DNA from: Candidatus Levyibacteriota bacterium
GTDB taxonomy: Bacteria; Patescibacteriota; Microgenomatia; Levybacterales; UBA12049
DNA: 64,000 nt
Direction of reading: 5' to 3'
Assembly (NCBI GenBank): GCA_963790825.1
Contig: CAWBPM010000002.1
Span: 167,159 to 231,158 of the forward strand
Part shown: positions 19,849 through 29,535 of the stretch, one piece after another
Numbering within the stretch: the first letter of the stretch is position 1
Layout: the number at the start of each line of letters is the position of its first letter
Program-made: the position numbers and the translations under genes
Notes under the pieces: model-generated
The model's input: only the letters and a program-made list of their open reading frames with translations
Database searches by the model: none
What the model was told of the DNA's origin: nothing

Positions 19849-21603
19849 ATGAATACTCAGTCCTTACAAGAAAATGCAGTAGCCGCAATCAGAATATCCT
19901 CACTTAAGCAGGGGTTACAGGGTGATTCTCCAGAGGCTCAAAAAGAACAGATAGAAAGATTTGCGGAAACTCACAATATACATGTTAGTAAGTTCTTTAT
20001 TATCATGGAATCTGCATCAGGCGAAGAGCAGCCCGTACAAGAGGCTATAGATTATTGCAAGAACTCTAAGAATGATATTCAGATCTTTATCATTAAGTCT
20101 ATTGATCGGTTCACCAGGGGCGGATCATACCTCTACGACCACTTAAAAATGCAGCTTGAACGATACGGTGTGAAATTGGTCGATATTTACGGAATTATAG
20201 GACAGCAGAATGTTAATACGCTTGAACATCTGGGACTCAAATATGACTGGAGTGTGTATTCTCCTACTAAAAAGTCAGAAATCCTTGAAGCCGAACGGGC
20301 AAAGGACGAAATGAGGGATATCATGTCCAGGATGATCGGTGCAGAAATAAGATATACGAGACTTGGGTATAGGGTTTGGGGCGCTCCGTTTGGCTACGTA
20401 AATGAAAAAGTTGAAACAGAGAACGGAAGGCGTGTAATTCTAAGACCGCATCCGGAAGAAGCAAAATGGGTACTTAAAATGTATGATCTTCGAGCTCAGG
20501 GAACCCTTAGTGATGAAGAGATCGTTGATAGATTGAATGGTTTAGGGTTTAAGTCCCGCATCAGACTACACAGAAACCCTAAAGATAGAACAAAAGTATT
20601 AGAAAAAAGAGGCGGAGTTCCTCTTACCGTAAAACAATATGAAAGATATATTCAAAGAACAATTTATGCCGGAGTAATCATGAACAAATGGACTGAAAAT
20701 TTACCTGTTAAGTGTAAATTCGATGGTTTAATCTCAATTGACGCTTTTAATAAAGCAAATAAGGGTAAAGTAGTATTACTTGAAGAAAATGGAGAGTTAA
20801 GATATTACAAAGATAAACCAGAAGACTGGAGAACTAAAAAGCTGATCATAAACCCTAACTTTCCTTTCAAAAGATACGTCCTTTGTCCGACTTGTAAGCA
20901 TAACTTGTATGGAAGTGCTTCTAGAGGGAAACTTGGAAAACATTATCCTGCGTACCATTGTGACAAAAGAGGACATAATTTTAGAGTTCCCTTAAAAGAC
21001 TTTAATATTACAATCACTAATTTTGTAAAACAGTTGAAGATAACGAATGAAGGAATTAAAAGACTTAAGTTTATGATTTTAGAAGAATGGGCTAAAAGAA
21101 TTAAAAGCGATAAACAGGAATCAGACGATACGGAAAATAAGATTAGGGAATTAGAAGCAAAACAAACTAAAGCTGCTGAGTCAATTGCTGCACTTAGTTC
21201 CGTTGTTGCCATTCAACTGATTGAAAAAGAAATAAATAAAACAGAGGTAGATATAACAAATTTAAAGGTAAACAAAAAGAAATTAGTGAAAGATGATACC
21301 TCTATGGAGATAGTTATGGAAGTAGTAGCTGATTATCTGGAACACCTTGAGTTTTTGTTGCTGGGAAGCCCTGATCCTATCAAAAGGGCTGCTTACTTTG
21401 GACTAGTCTTCGAGGAGGCTCCAACCTATCAAGATTTAATCTTCGGAACACCTAAATTAGCCCCGTATATCAAGCTAACTCAACAACTAAGTGATCCCAA
21501 ATACCATGATGTGAGCCGGGCGGGATTCGAACCCGCGACCAAGAGCTTAAAAGGCTCCTGCTCTACCACTGAGCTACCGGCCCGCTTTGCTTTGCAAACG
21601 TAA
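19849..21603 (+). CDS. large serine recombinase (resolvase/invertase N-domain, recombinase domain, zinc ribbon, coiled coil)
   Basis: AAIRISSLKQG (catalytic Ser region), CPTCKHNLYGS...YHCDKRGH zinc ribbon, and a coiled coil ELEAKQTKAAE. The last ~30 codons are read through the complementary strand of tRNA-Lys. Confidence 0.85.
   Translation: MNTQSLQENAVAAIRISSLKQGLQGDSPEAQKEQIERFAETHNIHVSKFFIIMESASGEEQPVQEAIDYCKNSKNDIQIFIIKSIDRFTRGGSYLYDHLKMQLERYGVKLVDIYGIIGQQNVNTLEHLGLKYDWSVYSPTKKSEILEAERAKDEMRDIMSRMIGAEIRYTRLGYRVWGAPFGYVNEKVETENGRRVILRPHPEEAKWVLKMYDLRAQGTLSDEEIVDRLNGLGFKSRIRLHRNPKDRTKVLEKRGGVPLTVKQYERYIQRTIYAGVIMNKWTENLPVKCKFDGLISIDAFNKANKGKVVLLEENGELRYYKDKPEDWRTKKLIINPNFPFKRYVLCPTCKHNLYGSASRGKLGKHYPAYHCDKRGHNFRVPLKDFNITITNFVKQLKITNEGIKRLKFMILEEWAKRIKSDKQESDDTENKIRELEAKQTKAAESIAALSSVVAIQLIEKEINKTEVDITNLKVNKKKLVKDDTSMEIVMEVVADYLEHLEFLLLGSPDPIKRAAYFGLVFEEAPTYQDLIFGTPKLAPYIKLTQQLSDPKYHDVSRAGFEPATKSLKGSCSTTELPARFALQT
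21512..21583 (-). tRNA. tRNA-Lys (anticodon UUU)
   Basis: The reverse complement GGGCCGGTAGCTCAGTGGTAGAGCAGGAGCCTTTTAAGCTCTTGGTCGCGGGTTCGAATCCCGCCCGGCTCA folds as a cloverleaf. The T-loop is GGTTCGAATCC and the anticodon loop is CTTTTAA. Confidence 0.85.
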
Positions 21604-21787
21604 AACAAAAGACTAGAAATGAACTATTGAATTATAACAATCTAACTTCCCCTTGACAAGCTGCACACTCAACCATACACTAGTACTTAAGTTAATCAGT
21701 ATCCATATTAGTAAGTCATCTTACAGACATAGGCAAATCTCAGGCATAGAGTATTAGAAAATATAAAGCGAAGGGAGGTGAGTAAGT

Positions 21788-22456
21788 ATGACAGCAAATA
21801 TTAATGTTGGGGACACTATTCTGACTTCTGTCGGCAAGGGTTTTCTGGTCGCAGCGACATTTGTTCCAAATTTAATTGCCGGAATTGTTATTCTTCTGAT
21901 AGGTATCATCCTCGGGTCGATCATTAAGCGGGTCATTATCGAAATTTTAAATGCTTTGAAAATCGAAGCTTATTTACGCAAATACGGGGTACCTGAGGTA
22001 AAAAAAGAGTTTAGCTGGACCAATATTCTTGCTGAAATTGCGAGATGGTTTGTGGTAATTCTCTTTTTAATTCCTACTGCCGAGATCTGGGGGCTCCCCC
22101 AAATTGTCACTGTTTTAAATACATTTTTACTATATCTGCCGAATGTATTTGTTGCAGCAATTATTGCAGTAGTCGGATTTGTCTTTGCCAGATTAGCACA
22201 TGACGTCGTTTTGGCATCCACAAGAGAAGTAACGCCTGAAGGATCACAGACAATTGCGTCAATCACGAGATGGGCAATTATTATCTTTGTACTTTTGGCT
22301 GTTTTAAGCCAACTCGGGGTTGCTCAGGATCTCATCAGGATTCTTTTTACGGGATTTGTAGCTATGATTGCTATAGCCGGAGGGATCGCATTTGGACTTG
22401 GGGGACAAGATACAGCGAAAAATTTACTTGAGGCTTTGCGAAAAAAAATTAAATAG
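21788..22456 (+). CDS. membrane protein with conserved TM-helix repeats (MscS-related small-channel-like)
   Basis: Four to five TM helices. A strong Shine-Dalgarno sequence AAGGGAGGTGAG precedes it, and a TTGACA-17-TACACT promoter lies upstream at ~21645. Confidence 0.45.
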   Translation: MTANINVGDTILTSVGKGFLVAATFVPNLIAGIVILLIGIILGSIIKRVIIEILNALKIEAYLRKYGVPEVKKEFSWTNILAEIARWFVVILFLIPTAEIWGLPQIVTVLNTFLLYLPNVFVAAIIAVVGFVFARLAHDVVLASTREVTPEGSQTIASITRWAIIIFVLLAVLSQLGVAQDLIRILFTGFVAMIAIAGGIAFGLGGQDTAKNLLEALRKKIK

Positions 22457-22476
22457 AGCCTGTAAGGTAAGATACG

Positions 22477-22505
22477 TTGTCTAAAAACGATTTTTTAGCT
22501 ATAAT
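22477..22505 (+). promoter_or_regulatory. sigma70-like promoter for tRNA-Glu (TTGTCT-17-TATAAT)
   Basis: Spacing and hexamers read directly from the sequence, ~58 nt upstream of the tRNA. Confidence 0.5.
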
Positions 22506-22563
22506 GAACAAGCCATTTTAGGTAGTGGTTTGTTTTTGCTGGATTTAGTAACATTGCTTATCC

Positions 22564-22637
22564 GGCCCCATCGTCTAGCGGCCTAGGACGTCGGGCTTTC
22601 ATCCCGAAAATCATGGGTTCGATTCCCATTGGGGTCA
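22564..22637 (+). tRNA. tRNA-Glu (anticodon UUC)
   Basis: GGCCCCATCGTCTAGCGGCCTAGGACGTCGGGCTTTCATCCCGAAAATCATGGGTTCGATTCCCATTGGGGTCA resembles E. coli tRNA-Glu. The anticodon loop is CTTTCAT. Confidence 0.85.
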
Positions 22638-22705
22638 CAAATTATAAGGATCGCTAAGGATTTATTAGGAATTTTCAAAATACAAGTAAAGATAAATTAC
22701 ATATC

Positions 22706-23080
22706 ATGAAAGCGAAAGCAAAAATTGATCAACTAATTGCAGGACTTAACGACTGGCGCGGTGATGCACTTACCAACATTCGCAAAATCATTCATGATGC
22801 TGACTCCGAGATAGTCGAAGAATGGAAATGGATGGGCAGTCCGTGTTGGTCACGAGGTGGACTTATCTGTGTGGCTAACGCTCATAAGGATAAGGTAAAA
22901 CTGACCTTTTCTCAGGGCGCAAGCCTATCTGATCCGGACAAACTCTTCAACGCCGGCCTTGGAGGCAACAGATGGCGAGCGATAGATCTCTACGAGAATG
23001 AAAAAATCAATGAGCACTCTTTAAAAAACCTCATCCATTCTGCCGTCGCCCACAACCTTGCTAAAAAATCAACAAAGTGA
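22706..23080 (+). CDS. DUF1801-family protein
   Basis: EEWKWMGSPCWSRGGLICVANAHKDKVKLTF matches the DUF1801 pattern (WKW.G.P.....G......A......L.F). Confidence 0.5.
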   Translation: MKAKAKIDQLIAGLNDWRGDALTNIRKIIHDADSEIVEEWKWMGSPCWSRGGLICVANAHKDKVKLTFSQGASLSDPDKLFNAGLGGNRWRAIDLYENEKINEHSLKNLIHSAVAHNLAKKSTK

Positions 23081-23132
23081 TCAATTAGACTGCCTGTTCA
23101 TAAAATTAAAAAGTCAGCTGATTTTTTTTCGC

Positions 23133-23381
23133 TTACTTATCTTCGGGAAGAGCAGCAAAGTCCTTCTTTGTTTTCATATACCATCCCATTCCTTTTATGG
23201 GATTTTTCCACCGATTCTGCATCATCTTCAGGGCGCTTTTGTGCGTTTCATCACCCTTTGCGACCATTTCTTTTAAATGCTTGTCTTCCGCTTTTATAAC
23301 TTCATCTCCGGTATTTCCATGGAATTGCGCGTCACATGGTCCGCCCATTTGTTTACAAGTCATTGTTTTCATAAGTTTCAC
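23133..23381 (-). CDS. DUF1059-family small protein
   Basis: MKTMTCKQMGGPCDAQFHGNTGDEVIKAEDKHLKEMV matches the DUF1059 signature. Confidence 0.55.
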   Translation of the reverse strand: MKLMKTMTCKQMGGPCDAQFHGNTGDEVIKAEDKHLKEMVAKGDETHKSALKMMQNRWKNPIKGMGWYMKTKKDFAALPEDK

Positions 23382-23548
23382 CTCCTTTCGAAGCGCAACG
23401 TCATTATATCATTACTAATTTAGGAGCAGTAATTTCATGTCATGTGTTTGAAATCAGCAATATTCAATCACGAGGCTCTACCGTTTCAAAACGATCACCA
23501 CAGGCTAAAATTAGTTTGACTGGGGATATGTTTTTGTATCATGTGGTA

Positions 23549-24745
23549 TTAAGCAATATAATATCCTCTGGAAAAGAAAGAAAAAAGTAAAACTAGCAGA
23601 ATTGTGCTTATAACAACATAAGTGATTTTCAGAATATTATTTTTGCTAAGCGCCAGTGCAATAAAGATTGGGAAAAGAACTACTACGTAACGGGGTAAGC
23701 CCGTAAAGGTACCGGTTGAAATAGGAATTAGGAAGCTAACTACTGCATAAATAAGATAAGATGTTCTTATTTTTTTCTTCCAGGCAAGAAACAATAATAG
23801 TGAGACAATAAAAAATAATGAAAATTCCAGTAAAGCAATCCACCATTCAAATTGTGTTGACGGAACGGTAAGTAGTATTTTAATATATCTAAATACTGTC
23901 TGGGGGAAAAGTACTAGTGAAGAAACAGATCTATTGTTCATAAATTCTCCTTGTGCATGAATGAAAAATAAAAAATCCTTCCACTTGTAATAATTAAAAA
24001 GACTATAGAGACCAATTCCCAGAAGTGCAACAATGGATAAATAGAGGGAATGTAGCCATAAAGATATATTCTTAATTGGTTCAGTGAATAATAAACGTAC
24101 AGATATTTTTTGCTGATAATATAATTCATAAAGAACTGCAGGCAGAATTGCAATTCCAACCAAGCGAGTAGCAGTAAGTAAACATGCCGAAATTGCGACA
24201 ATGTGCCATTGTTTTTTTCGCGAAAAATAAAAAATCAATATTGTTAATAAGAAGAAAAGGCTCTCAGAGTATACTGCTGCAAAATAAAACGATGTGGGAA
24301 AAAAAAGGATAATAAAAATAGTATAAAGAATTGTCCGTTCACTGTAGTCAAGTTTTAAAAGCTTGTAGAGAAACATTAGCCCAATAAAAAACAGGATAGT
24401 ATTCATAAATAAACCCGTATAAAATAATATAATATGGATATTTACGGGAATTATATATATAAAAATGTGCCCTAAAAAACTAAGCAGTAATGGAAATAAT
24501 GGGAAAAATCCTGCATTTATTGTATATCCTTGATAAGCAATTGTAAGATAATGTATGCCGTCAAAATTTGCATATGAGGATAAAAAGAAGCTAAGTATCG
24601 TGTTTTTTACACCCTCGTGTTGCAAATAATCGGAAAAAAGCGTGTACGAATATCCGCTGCGAGATAGACCGAAGAAATAGCTGAAGACAAGGGGAATAAA
24701 AAGAAAGGCTCTCCAGCTGATAAATAAGTAGAATATTTTTTTCAT
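23549..24745 (-). CDS. polytopic membrane protein, possibly a glycosyltransferase family C (GT-C) mannosyltransferase
   Basis: 398 aa with ten or more hydrophobic helices and no soluble domain. Confidence 0.4.
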   Translation of the reverse strand: MKKIFYLFISWRAFLFIPLVFSYFFGLSRSGYSYTLFSDYLQHEGVKNTILSFFLSSYANFDGIHYLTIAYQGYTINAGFFPLFPLLLSFLGHIFIYIIPVNIHIILFYTGLFMNTILFFIGLMFLYKLLKLDYSERTILYTIFIILFFPTSFYFAAVYSESLFFLLTILIFYFSRKKQWHIVAISACLLTATRLVGIAILPAVLYELYYQQKISVRLLFTEPIKNISLWLHSLYLSIVALLGIGLYSLFNYYKWKDFLFFIHAQGEFMNNRSVSSLVLFPQTVFRYIKILLTVPSTQFEWWIALLEFSLFFIVSLLLFLAWKKKIRTSYLIYAVVSFLIPISTGTFTGLPRYVVVLFPIFIALALSKNNILKITYVVISTILLVLLFSFFSRGYYIA

Positions 24746-24946
24746 TGTAAGTCCAGCTATTTATAGTACGTGTTTAAAAAATTCTTACGTTAATATTCTT
24801 AGACGGACATTGGATCTATAAAGCTATTATAACAAAATAATTTTAAGAGGTAACTTATTGTAAATCCCCACATTATTTTTAATCTTTAATCCTGATTATT
24901 GTTATGCTATGATAGTATAAACAACTGCCCGGGGGGAGGTGAGATT

Positions 24947-25192
24947 GTGAGTAAGAATTCAGTGCTGTTAGTTATAGTTGCGCTTTTGATAGGTATATTT
25001 ATAGGTTTTGCTGTAGAAAGACAGCGAGCAATAAGCAACATGGAAACGGCAAAACTTTCGTTAGGAGATCAAATCAGTAAGATGGGAGTAGTAAACGAGA
25101 AACTGATGGTGGAAAATAAGCATTTGCAAATGATGTTGACTCCTACACCAACAGGGGAAGTTACACCGAGTCCATCAACGATGCCAAAGTAG
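24947..25192 (+). CDS. small single-pass membrane protein
   Basis: A GTG start lies 6 nt after GGGGGAGGTGAG. The product VSKNSVLLVIVALLIGIFIGFAV... has a Pro/Thr-rich C-terminus. Confidence 0.35.
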   Translation: MSKNSVLLVIVALLIGIFIGFAVERQRAISNMETAKLSLGDQISKMGVVNEKLMVENKHLQMMLTPTPTGEVTPSPSTMPK

Positions 25193-25367
25193 AACAAAAC
25201 CCATAGGTTTACGAGACAGGAAGCACAACTTTTTCATAATATAGATTGGATTTGGTAGTATAAACTAGCTTCTATTACCTTAAATATCCTTTAGAAAGTT
25301 TGTTATTGTAAAAAACCCAGTCTATTTTTATTTGTATACTCATACTAACTGATGTATTATAAAAGTA

Positions 25368-25676
25368 ATGTCTCATGTCTTTTATAAACCACACAAGAAT
25401 AATTACCATAATCATGCTCAAAAGTATTTTCTGGATAAACTTATTTATCCCATCGCGTTAATTGCCCCGGTAATGACTATTCCTCAAATCGTAGAAGTAT
25501 GGACCCAACGTGGGGTTCAGGGAGTTTCTCTTCTTACCTGGAGCGCGTATACAGCCGTCTCGGTTTTCTGGATAATTTATGGTCTGCAGCACAAAGAAAA
25601 ACCAATTATCCTGGCTAATTTATTATCATTTATTTTTGATGCTTCAATAGTTTTGGGTGTTTTATTACATAGCTAG
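25368..25676 (+). CDS. semiSWEET / PQ-loop (MtN3-like) 3-TM transporter
   Basis: ~100 aa with three TM helices and a PQ motif (MTIPQIVEVW). Confidence 0.6.
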   Translation: MSHVFYKPHKNNYHNHAQKYFLDKLIYPIALIAPVMTIPQIVEVWTQRGVQGVSLLTWSAYTAVSVFWIIYGLQHKEKPIILANLLSFIFDASIVLGVLLHS

Positions 25677-25704
25677 AAGTGGATATAGTCTTAATGTTAC
25701 TAAC

Positions 25705-26418
25705 TTAACGAACATCGGAGAGAATTACCCCTTCATTTTTATAGAAAAAGTATCCGATAAACGTTAATAAATAGGGAAGAGAACCTCTGATTAATCCTTT
25801 TTGCCGGAATCTTCTGCCGGAAAAAATAACCGGCAGACCCGGCATAAAGTGAATTTTCCCGAGCTTACTTACTTTAAAAGATAAATCTATATCTTCTTGG
25901 CTATTTAGTTTCACATTAAACCCTCCCGACTTCCTATAAACCTCTTTGTAAATAGCAAAGTTAAAACCATTCAGCCAGTAGTGTCCGAATACCAGTCGAT
26001 AAACCCGCATTGCTAACGGCTGAAAAAAATTAAAAAGCGTATTAGTGAATAAACCGCAGTCAACTATTTTACAAGTTCCGCTGATGGCAACAGCATTACT
26101 TCCCCGCAACGAATCAGATAGTGTTTCTACCCAACCTGGGGGAACGACAGTATCTGCATCGGTTGACAGAATAATGTCTCCACACGCATGCGAAAATCCG
26201 ATTTGTCTTGCCGGTCCTCTACCTTTCTCTTTTTGCATTACGAGATTTAACTCTAATCTGTTGCGATAACTGTTTACCGCGTCGGCTGTTTTGTCCGTGG
26301 AGTTATTATTTACAACAATTACTTCAAATTTGTGCTGAGTTTTTTGCTTAACCAATGAATCAAGACAGGCTCCGATTACTTTTTCTTCGTTATATGCTGG
26401 TATGACAACAGAAACCAT
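25705..26418 (-). CDS. family 2 glycosyltransferase
   Basis: VSVVIPAYNEE...VVNNNSTDKT...STDADTVVP: a GT-A fold with D..D/DxD motifs. Confidence 0.8.
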   Translation of the reverse strand: MVSVVIPAYNEEKVIGACLDSLVKQKTQHKFEVIVVNNNSTDKTADAVNSYRNRLELNLVMQKEKGRGPARQIGFSHACGDIILSTDADTVVPPGWVETLSDSLRGSNAVAISGTCKIVDCGLFTNTLFNFFQPLAMRVYRLVFGHYWLNGFNFAIYKEVYRKSGGFNVKLNSQEDIDLSFKVSKLGKIHFMPGLPVIFSGRRFRQKGLIRGSLPYLLTFIGYFFYKNEGVILSDVR

Positions 26419-26445
26419 AACTCTTCAATTATAGCATCATTATTC

Positions 26446-27492
26446 TTATGAAGCTTTAGATTTTAACAATTTATAGTAACTGGTTTTAGTCTTTCCATAT
26501 TTTGTCAAGAGCCCTTTTTTAACCAGAGAAAACAACAACGCATGTGCCTGCTGACGAGTTACTCCGAATGCCTTTTCAATATCAGAAGTTTTAACAGCTT
26601 TTTTATCAATCACGATTTGTAAGACCTCCTCTTCTCTGCTTGACACCAGTACCCGTTTCTCACCGGTTACATCGTCGAGCGATGAATATGTTAATTCCTG
26701 TATTCTGGCTAACGATGCCTGCAGGGAATTTGCAATTCCTTCCAGAAAATATTCGAGCCACTGGGTAGAATCACCTTTGTCTGCAGTATGTAAACTGTCC
26801 GAATACAAATACCTGTCAATATCATAAAAATCATCCAAAATAAAAAACTTCGTTACTTCATACTTCTTAAGCAAGAGAAAATAAGTTGTCATAATACGTG
26901 CCATTCTTCCATTGCCATCAAAAAATGGATGGATATAAGCGAATTGATGATGTAAAATACCGGCTTTTAGTAGAGGATGCACCTCGTCTTCTTTTCCCAA
27001 CCAGTCATATAGTTCTTTCAAAGCAGCAGCGATCTCTTTTCCAGAGTGAAAAGGCGGATTATGCTTCACTACCAGCTCTCCGGCTGCTTTGTGTCCCACA
27101 AATACCGGACCACTGCGAAATTTACCACCTCCCCTCATGATATCTTCCATTAACTGTTTATGCAGTATCTCGGTAATATCGGTTGTAATAGCTTGTCCTT
27201 CCCGAACTAAGGTAAAGAGATGATTAAGCACACGAAAATAGTTTTTGACTTCTTGTTCGGACTTGGTGGTTGGAACTTTGTCGCCTAAGATAATATTCGT
27301 GACATCCTGGGGGGATAGCGGGTTTCCTTCAATACTGGTTGAATAATGGGTGGCGAGAATCTGGTTTTCTTCAGAAAGCCTGAGAGATAGAGATGGAATA
27401 AGCTTCTGGCTGACAAGACTGCCATATAACCTTTCAATTGTGCTTAAGCTGTTAAGCATGCGGAAGGTAAGGCTAAAAGTAGGCTTAAACAT
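26446..27492 (-). CDS. Fic-family protein (AMPylation/phosphocholination-type Fido domain)
   Basis: Fic motif HPFFDGNGRMAR. The C-terminus has a winged-HTH-like region. Confidence 0.8.
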   Translation of the reverse strand: MFKPTFSLTFRMLNSLSTIERLYGSLVSQKLIPSLSLRLSEENQILATHYSTSIEGNPLSPQDVTNIILGDKVPTTKSEQEVKNYFRVLNHLFTLVREGQAITTDITEILHKQLMEDIMRGGGKFRSGPVFVGHKAAGELVVKHNPPFHSGKEIAAALKELYDWLGKEDEVHPLLKAGILHHQFAYIHPFFDGNGRMARIMTTYFLLLKKYEVTKFFILDDFYDIDRYLYSDSLHTADKGDSTQWLEYFLEGIANSLQASLARIQELTYSSLDDVTGEKRVLVSSREEEVLQIVIDKKAVKTSDIEKAFGVTRQQAHALLFSLVKKGLLTKYGKTKTSYYKLLKSKAS

Positions 27493-27533
27493 GTTATAAG
27501 TATAGCAGAACTATGACTATTTGTCAATATATA

Positions 27534-27595
27534 TGTAAACTTAATAGTAAAGAAGGAATAATTGTAAACTTATTTGTAAATATATTAGTAAACTT
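27534..27595 (+). repeat. direct repeats of (T)GTAAACTT (3 copies plus one TGTAAATAT) in an AT-rich spacer
   Basis: TGTAAACTTA at 27534 and 27563, TAGTAAACTT at 27587, and TGTAAATAT at 27575. These could be iterons or a regulator-binding array. Confidence 0.35.
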
Positions 27596-27863
27596 CAGCT
27601 TGATTCTCGATCTTGACAAACAAATTAGAGAAAGCTAGGCTGAGGTAGGTAGGTAAAAGAACTATTTCTAGGCGTAAAAAAATTATATTTTAAACAGATT
27701 AAATATAAAACCTATAGTAAATAGTATTTTTTGCATGAAATAGGTGAGTCATAAGTGTTTATAGTAATTGATAATTGACATACTGGTGTATAATATATGT
27801 CCTGTAATATAAAACTGATAAATTAAGAATCAGACAAATTTATTAATTTTATATCAGGAATAT

Positions 27864-29438
27864 ATGGCAGTAGCAATAGAATCATTACCGGATACTGGAA
27901 TTTGTTCAGGGATATTTAATAGGCACGAAATTAAGAACAATAAAAAAATTGAACTAAAATCTCAAGTACCTTCTCCTGTTGCAGGAGTTAAACAAATAGC
28001 ATTAGAAAGCAATTCCGTTGAAGCGATAGCAAAATTGACTGCAATTCCGACAAGAGAACCTGATGTAATTCCTTTAATAGAATCTGCCGGTTCTGTCCCT
28101 GATATAAAAACATACCAAACAAGAGAAGTCCTCCTTGATCCTTTACCACCATACTTTGTTGCAATGGAAGCACAATATAAAAAAGATTTACAAAACGGCT
28201 ATTATGTCCATCCAAAATATGTCCGTACAGCGAATGCCCCGGAAGGACATCTTATTTATAATCCGGTAGCATGGACAGAGAAAACACCAGATGGACGGAG
28301 GGTAATAAAAGGAATTGTAAGGAGTGAAGATCCAGACGGTATTTCTACGTTACGTTCATATGATTTAAACAATACCGATACTTCCATACCGGATCTAGAA
28401 ATTTCACTAAATGGTTTTGAGCGCATAGGACGAGAAGATGGTTTCTTTCAACCGGATGGAAAAAACAGTCCATTAAGTGGGGATGTTGAAATTGCAGAAC
28501 AACCAGATAAGAAATTAAGATTCAGGACAGAATTTTATCGTCTAGTAAAGCAAGAAAATGGTTGCTATACAATTCAACTAAGAGGAAAAGGCGATTGGGA
28601 TAATAAAGATGAAAGAGTATTTGCCCTGCCAAATGGAAATGAGGGAGTAGTAATTCGTCTGCGAAAAGAAACAAAAGAAGAAGTAGAAAGTCCAGCTGGA
28701 AAAAAAATAGAAAAAATAGTAGTAAAAAGTGAACTTCGTTACCGTGAAATAAGACCGGATGAAGACCTTACTGAAGTTCTCGCAGAAATGAGAAATAATC
28801 CTGCTTATAAAATTAACGGTGTTTGGCCTGATAATCAAAATATCTGGGGTGCTGGAAATCAATATTATGCAATGCAAAGAGAAGATGGAAAAATCGTAAT
28901 CGGTGCTAAAGGACATGTCGCAACATATACGGGAAAGATCATTGAAAGAGATGCAAATGGTAAGGAAAGAGTAGAAGCAAAAAGACGCTATGTAAGCGGT
29001 GTATTTATGTTTGACCCGGATACATTACAAGCATTAGATCCTGATACCGGATATGGACCGGAATTTCAGGATAAACCCTGCTTTAAGATAACTATTACGC
29101 CTGAGCAAATTGAACAAGTAATACCTTTGGATAAACGTAAGCCAAGAAGTGAAGGAATACGAAGCTGTGCATTCTCTGGCGGTAGTCTTTTCGTCGAAAA
29201 AGATAATCATAATATAGTAACAGACAAGGAAAATAATCCACAAGATACCATGGGACTTGATACAGTAGAAGAGTTGATTGATGTTGGAGGATGGGCAGAC
29301 GACGCTCCTTATATGGCAGTTTTTAGAAATCCATTTCCGTCGTCAACGAGACTTATTCGATCTATTCATGAACCGCTGATTATTAAGAGTTCTGATCTTC
29401 CTTACCAATTGAAAGTTCTCTCAGGGAGTTATAAATAA
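27864..29438 (+). CDS. hypothetical protein (524 aa, no recognisable domain)
   Basis: Long clean ORF. Upstream at 27774 lies TTGACA with a TATAAT-like element. Confidence 0.5.
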   Translation: MAVAIESLPDTGICSGIFNRHEIKNNKKIELKSQVPSPVAGVKQIALESNSVEAIAKLTAIPTREPDVIPLIESAGSVPDIKTYQTREVLLDPLPPYFVAMEAQYKKDLQNGYYVHPKYVRTANAPEGHLIYNPVAWTEKTPDGRRVIKGIVRSEDPDGISTLRSYDLNNTDTSIPDLEISLNGFERIGREDGFFQPDGKNSPLSGDVEIAEQPDKKLRFRTEFYRLVKQENGCYTIQLRGKGDWDNKDERVFALPNGNEGVVIRLRKETKEEVESPAGKKIEKIVVKSELRYREIRPDEDLTEVLAEMRNNPAYKINGVWPDNQNIWGAGNQYYAMQREDGKIVIGAKGHVATYTGKIIERDANGKERVEAKRRYVSGVFMFDPDTLQALDPDTGYGPEFQDKPCFKITITPEQIEQVIPLDKRKPRSEGIRSCAFSGGSLFVEKDNHNIVTDKENNPQDTMGLDTVEELIDVGGWADDAPYMAVFRNPFPSSTRLIRSIHEPLIIKSSDLPYQLKVLSGSYK

Positions 29439-29460
29439 AATTATCACCTCTGGCATATAA

Positions 29461-29480
29461 ATGGTAGTGGGTCAATTTGA
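29461..29480 (+). repeat. left copy of a perfect 20-bp inverted repeat ATGGTAGTGGGTCAATTTGA
   Basis: Exact reverse complement of 32609..32628. Confidence 0.7.
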
Positions 29481-29499
29481 GTTAGCCTCCACGTAATGC

Positions 29500-29529
29500 T
29501 TGACTGCTTACGCAGCTTCATGTTAATAT
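29500..29529 (+). promoter_or_regulatory. sigma70-like promoter TTGACT-18-(TGT)TAATAT with extended -10
   Basis: Read directly from the sequence, immediately upstream of the 60-aa ORF. Confidence 0.45.
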
Positions 29530-29535
29530 CTTCTC

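Noticed and set aside
21512-21583. Treating the tRNA-Lys segment simply as part of the recombinase CDS
   Set aside because: The cloverleaf, T-loop and anticodon loop are canonical. The tRNA call takes precedence, and the ORF overlap is noted as a finding.
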